Positions 50,368-59,229 of a stretch of 64,000 nt of DNA are shown here, piece by piece. A model generated the notes under the pieces. That model was not told where the DNA came from. It was given only the letters and a program-made list of their open reading frames with translations, and did not search any database. Source of the stretch: an uncultured Prevotella sp. (lineage in GTDB: Bacteria > Bacteroidota > Bacteroidia > Bacteroidales > Bacteroidaceae); the NCBI GenBank assembly GCA_945949515.1, contig CAMFEU010000003.1:2398-66397 (forward strand), read 5' to 3'. The number at the start of each line of letters is the position of its first letter. Position 1 is the first letter of the stretch. The position numbers and the translations under genes are program-made.

Positions 50368-51774
50368 ATGAGACAAAGAATAGCACTTCTCGCCATTACA
50401 GCAACAATGGCACTCGGCGCATGGGCGCAAAACACACAGGGAGGAATCAATGCAAAGATGCTGGCAGAGATAAAGGCAGCACAGCAACTGACGCCAGCAC
50501 AGAAGGTATTGGCAAATGCTATGGCAGGCAACTCCATCGATGCACTCGCCAAGAAATACAACAACAGCGCCGCATTAGACACTCACTTCAGTATTGAAAC
50601 CGACAAGCAGTCTATCACCGACCAAAAGAGCAGCGGAAGATGCTGGATGTTCAGCGGCCTGAATGTGTTGCGTGCCGACTATGCCAAGCGCACCGACTCA
50701 TTGCGTGTGGAGCTGTCGCAGGCCTACCTGTTCTTCTGGGACCAGTTGGAGAAAGCCAACCTGTTTTTACAGGGCGCCATCAACACTGCTCACAAGCCCA
50801 TGGACGACCAGCGTGTGCAGTTCTTCTTCAAAAACCCACTCAACGATGGAGGTACCTTCTGCGGTGTGGCAGACCTGACCGACAAATACGGACTGGTGCC
50901 CAAAGAAGTGATGCCCGAAACCTATTCTACAGAAAACACTGCCAGAATGTCGCGCATACTGGATGCCAAACTGAGAGAATACGGACTGGCTCTGCGCAAG
51001 ATGGTGACAGAAGGAAAGAAGAGCAAGGCCATAGAGGCAGAAAAAACCAAGATGCTTGCCACTGTATATCGCGTACTTGCCATGACCATGGGCAATCCCC
51101 CCACGTCTTTTGAATATGCACTGAAAGACAAGAACGGAAAAGCAACCACAGAGAAAAAGACCTATACGCCACTGACCTTTGCACAAGAGGTGGTGGGCAA
51201 GCAACTCAACGGTTCGTTTATCATGGTGATGAACGACCCAAGACGCCCCTACTACAAAACCTATGAGGTAGAGTTGGATCGACACGTACAGGACGGCCAC
51301 AACTGGAAATACATCAACCTGCCCATGAACGACATCGCCGACATGGCCATCAAATCGCTCAAAGATGGCAGGAAACTCTATAGTTCTTACGACGTGGGCA
51401 AGATGCTCGACCGAACCAATGGCTACGGCGACACCGAGAACTACGACTATGGAGCACTGTTTGGCATTGACTTCAACATGAACAAGGCAGAGCGCATCAG
51501 CACCTTCGACAGCGGTTCCACACATGCCATGACCCTGTGTGCCGTGGATCTTGACAGCAACGGTCAACCCGTGAAATGGAAGGTGGAAAACAGTTGGGGT
51601 GCCAGTTGGGGACAGCAGGGCTGCATGATAATGACCCACCGCTGGGTAGAGGAATACATGTTCAGATTGGTGGTGGATAAGAAATATGTGCCCGAGAACA
51701 TACTGAAGATGAACGAGCAGGCACCTGTGATGGTGATGCCCGAAGACCCATTGTTCCAAAACGACCAGCCTTGA
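50368..51774 (+). CDS. pepC: C1-family aminopeptidase C (bleomycin hydrolase-like) with signal peptide
   Basis: QKSSGRCWMFS catalytic Cys, STHAMTL His region; ATG at 50368 preferred over the TTG at 50341. Confidence 0.9.
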   Translation: MRQRIALLAITATMALGAWAQNTQGGINAKMLAEIKAAQQLTPAQKVLANAMAGNSIDALAKKYNNSAALDTHFSIETDKQSITDQKSSGRCWMFSGLNVLRADYAKRTDSLRVELSQAYLFFWDQLEKANLFLQGAINTAHKPMDDQRVQFFFKNPLNDGGTFCGVADLTDKYGLVPKEVMPETYSTENTARMSRILDAKLREYGLALRKMVTEGKKSKAIEAEKTKMLATVYRVLAMTMGNPPTSFEYALKDKNGKATTEKKTYTPLTFAQEVVGKQLNGSFIMVMNDPRRPYYKTYEVELDRHVQDGHNWKYINLPMNDIADMAIKSLKDGRKLYSSYDVGKMLDRTNGYGDTENYDYGALFGIDFNMNKAERISTFDSGSTHAMTLCAVDLDSNGQPVKWKVENSWGASWGQQGCMIMTHRWVEEYMFRLVVDKKYVPENILKMNEQAPVMVMPEDPLFQNDQP

Positions 51775-51801
51775 GACACCAATCGCACAACTATACACTA
51801 A

Positions 51802-51981
51802 AGGTAGGTTCTATAAATTAGCTTTGATGGGATTTTGTTCTATCTTCGAGCAGATTTATTTGTAAGGTCGCAGCAGCATAGCGAGCTATGGTGCAAGGAC
51901 TTACAAATAAAGATACCGAAGAGAGGGCAAAAGACCGCAAAGGTAATTCAAAAAAAGAATTGTAATTAATAGAACCTACCT
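51802..51981 (+). mobile_element. MITE-like element, family B, copy 2 (180 bp, intact TIRs)
   Basis: AGGTAGGTTCTATAAATTA ... TAATTAATAGAACCTACCT; same orientation as copy 1. Confidence 0.85.
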
Positions 51982-52049
51982 AAACAAGCAAAAACCAATG
52001 GGCACTGGCAAGAGGTGCGCCCATACATCATAAATACATCATACCGACT

Positions 52050-52928
52050 ATGGGATTCCTGAAATTTTTTTTCACCGGCAAGGTGGAAAGCGCCGAAGAA
52101 CAGGCACAGAAAGAGGAGGCAAAACGCTTTGACAAACTGAAATACGATGGTGTGCGTGCCACACGCAGCGGGCAACCCGATATCGCCATCCACTGCTTTG
52201 AAGAAGCACTGAAGATACACGAAGACATGGAGATTCGCGACTATCTGGCACGTACCCTGATAAGTGTAGATGCCCTGCCACAAGCCACAGAGCAACTGCA
52301 ACTGCTGGCACAAGCAGCCCCTGACAACACGGAGATACTGAAGCAATGGGCACGCGTGGCATATATGCAGGAAGAATACGCCATGATGGAAGAGGTATGC
52401 ACCAAGGCACTCTCCATTGATGACAAAGATGCCACCACCCTGTATCTGAAAGCACAGGCCGTGGCAGGTCAAGGCAACACCATCCCCGCTATCGCCCTGC
52501 TCACACAAGCCATCACCACCGACAACACCCTGGCATCGGCATACCTGATGAGGGCACGACTGCTACTGAGCATGGGCGACATACAAGGAGCTGCCGAAGA
52601 TGCCAACCACCTGACAGCCAACTATGGCGAGAGCGAAGAAACGCTGATGCTTCAGGCACAGGTGGCACACGCACAGGGAGATACCGCCAAGGCACTGCAA
52701 CAGTATGACAAGGTGATAGAACTGAATCCCTTCTCTGCAGAAGCCTACAAGGAAAGAGGACAGGTGAAATATGAGCAAGGCAATACCCAAGGCGCACAGG
52801 AAGACATGCAGAAGGTGCTGGAACTGAATCCCAACGCACTTGCCAATGTCAACGGTGAATACTCTGCCGAAGGTGTGGAGCACAAGGTGAAACAGGCATA
52901 CAGTTTTATGAATCCCCTGGGATTATAA
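52050..52928 (+). CDS. tetratricopeptide-repeat protein
   Basis: repeated A..Y...G....A TPR-like helices across 292 aa. Confidence 0.75.
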   Translation: MGFLKFFFTGKVESAEEQAQKEEAKRFDKLKYDGVRATRSGQPDIAIHCFEEALKIHEDMEIRDYLARTLISVDALPQATEQLQLLAQAAPDNTEILKQWARVAYMQEEYAMMEEVCTKALSIDDKDATTLYLKAQAVAGQGNTIPAIALLTQAITTDNTLASAYLMRARLLLSMGDIQGAAEDANHLTANYGESEETLMLQAQVAHAQGDTAKALQQYDKVIELNPFSAEAYKERGQVKYEQGNTQGAQEDMQKVLELNPNALANVNGEYSAEGVEHKVKQAYSFMNPLGL

Positions 52929-53015
52929 GCAAGGAAAAAGGCTCCATTGCTACTTTTCTGACTAAGAAAGAGCCAAAAAACTTTCATTTTTTTTGCTCGT
53001 TTGGCAGAAAAGTTA

Positions 53016-53023
53016 TACTTTTG
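53016..53023 (+). promoter_or_regulatory. -7 promoter box TActTTTG for the pheA leader transcript
   Basis: 52 nt upstream of the leader ATG at 53075. Confidence 0.55.
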
Positions 53024-53074
53024 CAAACATAACAGACAAAAACAAGACGAAATACAAAAAAAGGAGAAGTAATC

Positions 53075-53152
53075 ATGCAGAAGTTGACCGCGTACTTTTT
53101 TAGCTATTATTTTTACTTTGCAGGGCACTGTGAAGCGGGAAGTTGCGTGTAA
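53075..53152 (+). CDS. 25-codon Phe/Tyr-rich leader peptide MQKLTAYFFSYYFYFAGHCEAGSCV
   Basis: hand translation. 4 Phe and 4 Tyr fall within 9 consecutive codons (codons 7-15). AAGGAG lies 8 nt upstream of the ATG. The ORF sits between the promoter box and a terminator upstream of pheA. Confidence 0.75.
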   Translation: MQKLTAYFFSYYFYFAGHCEAGSCV

Positions 53153-53232
53153 ATTTCAACTTATGGTTTGATGAACATCTGAACAGAATAGTTTACAACA
53201 AATCCCGCTTCACCCACTGAGGCGGGATTTTT
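53130..53232 (+). promoter_or_regulatory. transcription attenuator: antiterminator/terminator alternative pairing
   Basis: GTGAAGCGGGA (53130-53140, inside the end of the leader ORF) is an exact complement of TCCCGCTTCAC (53203-53213). That second segment is also the 5' arm of an 11-bp terminator stem (53202-53212 with 53218-53228), which is followed by T5. Confidence 0.75.
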
Positions 53233-53281
53233 GATAAGAAAAAGGAAACAGAGACAACAAGCAAAAGAGAACAGAGACAAT

Positions 53282-54112
53282 ATGAAGAGAATAGCCATAC
53301 AGGGCGTACCCGGTTCATTTCACGACATAGCCTCACACCACTACTTTGAGGGCGAGCAAGTGCAACTTATCTGTTGCGCCACCTTTGAAAGCGTGTTCGA
53401 GAACATCAAGCGCGACCCCACAGTGATTGGCATGGTGGCAATAGAAAACACCATCGCTGGAAGCCTGTTGCACAACTATGAACTGCTGCGCGACTCTGAC
53501 ACCGCCGTGGTGGGCGAGCACAAACTACACATCTCCCACTGCATCTGCTGCCTGCCCGAAGACAACTGGGACACCGTGCAAGAGGTGCACTCACACCCCG
53601 TGGCACTGATGCAATGCCGCAACTTTCTGGCAAACCACCCCACCCTCAAGGCGGTGGAAAGCGAAGACACCGCAGGCTCTGCAGAATACATCGCCCGGCA
53701 CCAATGCAGGGGATGGTGCGCCATCTGCAGCGCAGAAGCAGCCGAGATGTACGGACTGAAGATACTGGAGAATCACATAGAAGACAACAAGCACAACTTT
53801 ACCCGCTTCCTTGTGGTGTGCAATCCCAAGAAAGCCGACTTTCTGAGACCGTTGGAAAAGACCAACAAGTCGAGCCTGGTGTTTGCACTTCCTCACGAAG
53901 AGGGTTCACTGTCGCAGGTGCTGAGCATCCTGTCGTTCTATAAAATCAACCTCACCAAGATACAGTCGCTCCCCATCATCGGACACGAATGGGAATACCT
54001 GTTCTACGTGGATGTGACCTATGATAGTCTGACACGATACCGCCAAAGCATTGATGCCATAGGTCCGCTGACCAGAGAGCTGAAGATTTTGGGAGAATAC
54101 ATACAGAAATAA
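53282..54112 (+). CDS. pheA: prephenate dehydratase (PDT + ACT domains)
   Basis: IAIQGVPGSFH, TRFLVV, ACT segment EGSLSQVLSILS; ATG at 53282. Confidence 0.9.
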   Translation: MKRIAIQGVPGSFHDIASHHYFEGEQVQLICCATFESVFENIKRDPTVIGMVAIENTIAGSLLHNYELLRDSDTAVVGEHKLHISHCICCLPEDNWDTVQEVHSHPVALMQCRNFLANHPTLKAVESEDTAGSAEYIARHQCRGWCAICSAEAAEMYGLKILENHIEDNKHNFTRFLVVCNPKKADFLRPLEKTNKSSLVFALPHEEGSLSQVLSILSFYKINLTKIQSLPIIGHEWEYLFYVDVTYDSLTRYRQSIDAIGPLTRELKILGEYIQK

Positions 54113-54127
54113 AAAACGCGCACAAAA

Positions 54128-55321
54128 ATGAACAAGATAGACGAAGTACAAAGCCATGCCATCAAGCCCGCAGACCGACTGGGGCTGGTGAGCGAATACT
54201 ACTTCAGCCGAAAACTGAAAGAGGTGGCACAGATGAATGCTGAAGGCAAAGACATCATCAGTTTGGCAATAGGCAGCCCCGACATGCCGCCCTCTAAACA
54301 AACCATCGACACCCTGTGCCAAGTGGCACAACAGCCCGAGGCTCACGGATACCAGCCCACCATGGGTATAGCCGAACTGCGACAGGCAATGGCACAGTTT
54401 TACAAAAAATGGTATGGGGTGGAAATAGATGCCCAAAGCGAAGTACAGCCCCTGATAGGTTCCAAGGAAGGCATACTGCACGTAACACTCGCCTTTGTCA
54501 ATCCAGGCGAAGAGGTGCTGGTGCCCAACCCCGGTTATCCCACCTACACCTCGCTCAGCAAGATACTGGGTGCCAAGGTGGTGAACTACAACCTGAAAGC
54601 CGAGAACGGGTGGCAACCCGACTTTGAAGAACTGGAACAGATGGACCTGAGCAGGGTGAAGCTGATGTGGACCAACTATCCCAACATGCCCACTGGAGGC
54701 AATGCCCAGCAAAATACCTACGAGCAACTGGTGGCATTTGCCAAAAAACACCATATCGTGGTGGTAAACGACAATCCCTACTCGTTTATCCTGAACGAGA
54801 AACCAATGTCACTGTTGCAGGTAGAGGGTGCCAAAGACTGTTGCATAGAGTTTAACTCCATGTCGAAAAGTCACAACATGCCCGGCTGGCGTGTGGGTAT
54901 GTGCATCTCCAATTCCACCTTCATCAGCTGGATACTGAAAATAAAGAGCAACATCGACAGCGGCACCTTCAGAGGCATACAAATGGCAGCGGCACAGGCA
55001 CTGCACAATGAAGAAGAGTGGCACAGACACGCCAACATAGAGACCTATGCTGCCCGCAGAAAATATGCCGAACAGATTATGGACGTGATGCAATGCCAGT
55101 ATGACAAGCAGCAGGTGGGCATGTTCCTATGGGGCAAGATACCCGACACCTATTCTCACTGTGAAGAGCTGACGGAGAAAGTGCTGCATCAGGCACGCGT
55201 GTTCATCACTCCCGGCTTCATCTTCGGCAGCAACGGCGAGCGCTACGTGCGCATATCGCTCTGCGCCAAGGAAGAACAACTGAAAAAGGCATTGGAAAGA
55301 ATCAAAGAAGTGTTTGGATGA
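54128..55321 (+). CDS. class I/II PLP-dependent aminotransferase
   Basis: NPGYPTY, NSMSKSHNMPGWRVG (PLP lysine). Confidence 0.88.
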   Translation: MNKIDEVQSHAIKPADRLGLVSEYYFSRKLKEVAQMNAEGKDIISLAIGSPDMPPSKQTIDTLCQVAQQPEAHGYQPTMGIAELRQAMAQFYKKWYGVEIDAQSEVQPLIGSKEGILHVTLAFVNPGEEVLVPNPGYPTYTSLSKILGAKVVNYNLKAENGWQPDFEELEQMDLSRVKLMWTNYPNMPTGGNAQQNTYEQLVAFAKKHHIVVVNDNPYSFILNEKPMSLLQVEGAKDCCIEFNSMSKSHNMPGWRVGMCISNSTFISWILKIKSNIDSGTFRGIQMAAAQALHNEEEWHRHANIETYAARRKYAEQIMDVMQCQYDKQQVGMFLWGKIPDTYSHCEELTEKVLHQARVFITPGFIFGSNGERYVRISLCAKEEQLKKALERIKEVFG

Positions 55322-55441
55322 ACAAATCTCAAAAGCCATTTAACGGAGCGTAAAGAGATATGTCCTTCACTTCCTTAACCTCCAAAAACAGGGACCTGCG
55401 AACTAAAATACCCAAGAACAAACAAAAAAAATAAAATAATT

Positions 55442-56506
55442 ATGGAACTGGAATTAAAACCACTGAACTTACTGAAAGATGAAGAACGCCCACTGCTCAT
55501 CGCCGGACCATGCTCGGCAGAGACAGAGGAGCAAGTGATTTGTACCGCTAAAGACCTGGCAGCACGGGGATGCAAGATATTCCGTGCCGGCGTGTGGAAG
55601 CCACGCACCAAACCAGGAGGCTTTGAGGGCAACGGCGAAAAAGCCCTGCCATGGATGCAGGAGGTGAAAAAGGAAACGGGGATGCAGGTGGCCATCGAGG
55701 TGGCAACACCCGAACACGTGGAACTGGCTCTGAAATACGGCGTAGATATACTGTGGGTAGGAGCCCGCACCACCGCCAACCCCTTTGCCATGCAGGCTCT
55801 TGCCGACTCTCTGCAGGGAGTGGATGTACCCGTGCTGGTGAAGAACCCCGTGAACCCCGATCTGGAGTTGTGGATAGGAGCCATGGAGCGCATCAATCAG
55901 GCAGGCATCAAGCGCCTGGGAGCCATACACCGCGGATTCTCAAGCTATGACAAGAAAATCTATCGCAACCTGCCCATGTGGCAGATACCCATTGAACTGC
56001 ATCGCAGAATACCCGAACTGCCCATCTTCTGCGACCCCAGTCATATCGGTGGCCGCCGCGAACTGATAGCCCCACTGTGCCAGCAGGCAATGGATCTGGG
56101 CTTCGACGGACTGATAGTAGAAAGTCACTGCGACCCCGACAAGGCATGGAGCGATGCCAAGCAGCAAGTAACTCCAGATGTGCTGGAGTATATCCTTTCA
56201 CTGTTGGTGGTGCGCAGCGAAACCTGCACCACCGAGGGCATCACCACCCTGCGCAAGCAGATAGACGAACTGGACAACCAGCTGATGGAACTGATGGCAA
56301 AGCGCATGCGTGTGTGCCGCGAGATAGGACAGTACAAGAAAGAACACAATATGACCGTGTTGCAAACCGCACGCTACAGCGAGATACTGGAGAAGCGCGG
56401 TGCACAGGGCGCACTGTGTGGCATGGATTCACAGTTTGTAACCAAGGTGTTTGAGCAGATACACGAAGAGTCTGTAAGACAACAAATAGAGATTATCAAC
56501 AAATGA
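55442..56506 (+). CDS. bifunctional 3-deoxy-7-phosphoheptulonate synthase / chorismate mutase
   Basis: N-terminal KDO8P-synthase-like DAHPS domain (LIAGPCSAE, CDPSH). C-terminal AroQ-type CM domain (LRKQIDELDNQLMELMAKRMRV). Confidence 0.88.
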   Translation: MELELKPLNLLKDEERPLLIAGPCSAETEEQVICTAKDLAARGCKIFRAGVWKPRTKPGGFEGNGEKALPWMQEVKKETGMQVAIEVATPEHVELALKYGVDILWVGARTTANPFAMQALADSLQGVDVPVLVKNPVNPDLELWIGAMERINQAGIKRLGAIHRGFSSYDKKIYRNLPMWQIPIELHRRIPELPIFCDPSHIGGRRELIAPLCQQAMDLGFDGLIVESHCDPDKAWSDAKQQVTPDVLEYILSLLVVRSETCTTEGITTLRKQIDELDNQLMELMAKRMRVCREIGQYKKEHNMTVLQTARYSEILEKRGAQGALCGMDSQFVTKVFEQIHEESVRQQIEIINK

Positions 56507-56524
56507 CGCACAGCGTCATTTGTT

Positions 56525-56642
56525 GAAATTAAAAAATTAAAGAATTAAAAAATTAAATTACAAGAAAACCAAACTTCGAAAGGGACTTTCGAAGAATTAA
56601 AGAATTAAAGAATTAAAGAATTAAAGGATTAAATAATTAAAG
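56525..56642 (+). repeat. left array of AATTAAAG octamers (reverse complement of the right array) with an embedded perfect hairpin
   Basis: aattaaag x4 plus variants at 56595-56642. cttcgaaag-gga-ctttcgaag hairpin at 56574-56594. 56528-56548 is the exact reverse complement of 57312-57332. Confidence 0.85.
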
Positions 56643-56653
56643 TGAGCTGTGAT

Positions 56654-57052
56654 ATGGGTAAGGACAATTTAGTGTCAAATCTGAGTTTGGATTTTGCAGT
56701 ACGCATTGTAAATCTTTACAAATTCCTATGCACACAAAAAAAGGAGCACGTATTGTCAAATCAGGTATTGCGCAGTGGTACCAGTATTGGAGCTAATCTG
56801 TCTGAAAGCGAGATGTGCCAGAGTACCGCCGACTTTATCGCCAAACTACATATCTCCCTAAAAGAGGCCAATGAAACTAAATACTGGCTTACCTTACTAC
56901 AAAAAACCAACTATATCACAAAAGACCAATTCGACTCCATAAATCACGACCTCAGATTGATAATCGGGCTGCTGGTGAATGGATTGAAAAAGATAAAGGA
57001 AAAGGAAAAGCAAAAGGAAAAGCAAAGAACAGCAGAGAACCAAGCACCTTAA
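56654..57052 (+). CDS. four-helix-bundle protein (23S rRNA intervening-sequence protein / Avd-like family)
   Basis: about 130 aa. FAVRIVNLYKFL..., VLSNQVLRSGTSIGANLSES, FIAKLHISLKEANETKYWLTLL are characteristic of this family. K/E-rich tail. ATG at 56654. Confidence 0.85.
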   Translation: MGKDNLVSNLSLDFAVRIVNLYKFLCTQKKEHVLSNQVLRSGTSIGANLSESEMCQSTADFIAKLHISLKEANETKYWLTLLQKTNYITKDQFDSINHDLRLIIGLLVNGLKKIKEKEKQKEKQRTAENQAP

Positions 57053-57384
57053 TCCTCTATTCCTTTAATCCTTTAATCCTTTAATTTTTTAATTTTTTGT
57101 CCTTTAACCCTTTAATTCTTTAATCCTTTAACCCTTTAATCCCTTAATCCTTTAACCCTTTAATCCCTTAATCCTTTAACCCTTTAATCCTTTAGCCCTT
57201 TAACCCTTTAATTCTTTAATCCTTTAATTATTTACTCCTTTAACCCTTTAATTCTTTAATCCTTTAATGTTTTAATCCTTTAATTATTTACTCCTTTAGC
57301 CCTTTAATCCTTTAATTCTTTAATTTTTTAATCCTTTCTTTACCCCTTTAATTCTTTAATTATTTAATTATTTAATTTTAAAAT
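57047..57384 (+). repeat. tandem array of about 42 imperfect 8-bp units (consensus CCTTTAAT; variants TCTTTAAT, CCTTTAAC, CCCTTAAT, TATTTACT)
   Basis: read directly. The period is 8, so a TAA appears in every frame on both strands. The array starts at the stop codon of the four-helix-bundle gene and ends 9 nt before the tyrA ATG. Confidence 0.95.
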
Positions 57385-57393
57385 TTGAATGCA

Positions 57394-58188
57394 ATGAAAA
57401 TTTTGATAATGGGTGCAGGAAAGATGGGCAGTTTTTTCTTAGACCTGCTCAGTTTTGACCACGAGACGGCAGTGTATGAAAAAGACCCGAAGCGCATGCG
57501 CTTCACATACAACTGCCAGCGACTGACAACGCTGGAAGAGATCAAGAAATTCCAGCCAGAACTGGTGATCAATGCCGTGACGGTGAAATACACCATCCCT
57601 GCCTTCAAGGAGGTGATGCCCTATATACCCGACGATTGCATCATCAGCGACATCTCGTCGGTCAAAACACATCTCAAGGAGTTTTACGAAGAGAGCGGGC
57701 ATCCGTATGTGAGCACTCACCCCATGTTCGGCCCCACCTTTGCCAACTTGCAGCAACTCTCGGAAGAGAATGCCATCATCATCAGCGAGGGCGATTACAT
57801 GGGGCGCATCTTCTTCAAAGACCTGTATCATCGACTGGGACTGAACATCTACGAATACACCTTTGAAGAGCACGACCGCACCGTGGCATACTCTTTGAGC
57901 ATTCCCTTTGTATCCACATTTGTGTTTGCTGCAGTGATGAAGCATCAAGATGCCCCGGGAACCACCTTCAAGCGTCATCTGCGCATCGCCAAAGGCGTGC
58001 TCAATGAAGACGACTTCCTGTTGCAAGAAATACTGTTCAATCCCTATACGAGCAGTCAGGTGGATCAGATACGTAATGAACTGAGCGAACTGCTGGACAT
58101 CATCGACCGGAAAGACGGCAAGGCGATGAAACACTACCTCACCAAAATACGTAACAATGTGCGCCAAGACATTGAACAACTCAAGTAA
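57394..58188 (+). CDS. tyrA: prephenate dehydrogenase
   Basis: Rossmann ILIMGAGKMG, SVKTH..., HPMFGP; ATG at 57394. Confidence 0.88.
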   Translation: MKILIMGAGKMGSFFLDLLSFDHETAVYEKDPKRMRFTYNCQRLTTLEEIKKFQPELVINAVTVKYTIPAFKEVMPYIPDDCIISDISSVKTHLKEFYEESGHPYVSTHPMFGPTFANLQQLSEENAIIISEGDYMGRIFFKDLYHRLGLNIYEYTFEEHDRTVAYSLSIPFVSTFVFAAVMKHQDAPGTTFKRHLRIAKGVLNEDDFLLQEILFNPYTSSQVDQIRNELSELLDIIDRKDGKAMKHYLTKIRNNVRQDIEQLK

Positions 58189-59065
58189 CATCACCGCCCA
58201 TATCGTGGCTTTTCTCACGATAGCCGTGTGGGGCACTACCTTTGTGTGGACGAAACTTCTGCTGATGCAGGGGCTTTCGCCCGCACATATTTTTACACTG
58301 CGCTTTCTCATCGCCTACCTGCTCTTGCTGGGATATACGCTGGTGGGCAAGCCACAAAAGATGCCCTTCCGTTGGCGTGATGAACTGACAATGGCGGGTT
58401 TGGGACTGACGGGAGGCTCACTCTACTTCCTTACAGAAAATGCCTCTATGCTTTTCACTACAGCCACCAACACCTCGCTCATTGTGTGTGCCTGTCCGCT
58501 GTTTGCCATGCTGCTCATCGCTCTCTGTTATCCCAAAACAGAGCGGTTGAACCGCCACGGCGTAACGGGTTCGCTCCTCGCCCTGATAGGCATGGCTATT
58601 GTGGTGCTCAACGGGCATTTCGTGCTCCATCTCTCCCCTCTGGGCGACCTGCTTGCCTTTGCTGCCTGCATGAGTTGGGCTGTATATTCGCTGCTGATGA
58701 AGCGTGTGAGCGGAAAATTTTCCACACTCTACATCACACGCAAGATGTTTTTCTACGGACTGCTCAGCATTCTCCCCTACTATCTCTTTGTGCCTGAACT
58801 GCCACCCATGTCATTGCTGCTACGCCCATCGGTGTGGGTCAACCTGCTGTTTCTGGGGTGTGTGGCGTCCATGGTGTGCTATCTCACATGGAACTGGTGC
58901 ATGATGAAACTGGGAGCCGTAACAGCCACCAACTGGGTTTACTTCAATCCCATCACCACCATCTTCTTTGCCTGGCTGATATTGGACGAGCATATCACCC
59001 CCTATTTCCTCATCGGCACAGCATGTATTCTCTGTGGCATCTACCTCTGCTCAGCAAAGAGATAG
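58157..59065 (+). CDS. DMT-superfamily (EamA-like) transporter
   Basis: 10 TM segments, two EamA-like halves; 32-nt overlap with the tyrA end. Confidence 0.8.
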   Translation: MCAKTLNNSSNITAHIVAFLTIAVWGTTFVWTKLLLMQGLSPAHIFTLRFLIAYLLLLGYTLVGKPQKMPFRWRDELTMAGLGLTGGSLYFLTENASMLFTTATNTSLIVCACPLFAMLLIALCYPKTERLNRHGVTGSLLALIGMAIVVLNGHFVLHLSPLGDLLAFAACMSWAVYSLLMKRVSGKFSTLYITRKMFFYGLLSILPYYLFVPELPPMSLLLRPSVWVNLLFLGCVASMVCYLTWNWCMMKLGAVTATNWVYFNPITTIFFAWLILDEHITPYFLIGTACILCGIYLCSAKR

Positions 59066-59124
59066 TCACCTCCTTGCTTCTTAAAAAACAGGTATGCCAA
59101 GCACCATTATTCAAAATAAATGCG

Positions 59125-59132
59125 TAACTTTG
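59125..59132 (+). promoter_or_regulatory. -7 promoter box TAacTTTG for dnaX
   Basis: 98 nt upstream of the ATG at 59230. Confidence 0.45.
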
Positions 59133-59229
59133 TAGCCACACCTCCCCCTGTTTCACAAACGGAAAGGGAGGCAATAAGCTACAAGCACATCCCAACAAGT
59201 TACAAATCATCAACGAAACAATTCCAAGC

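Noticed and set aside
53906-54754. 282-aa minus-strand ORF
   Set aside because: It is antisense to pheA and the aminotransferase, has no motifs, and would interrupt a tightly packed plus-strand operon.
57047-57384. possible CRISPR array
   Set aside because: The period is only 8 bp with no spacers, there are no cas genes, and the units are degenerate. It is a microsatellite-like tandem array, not CRISPR.
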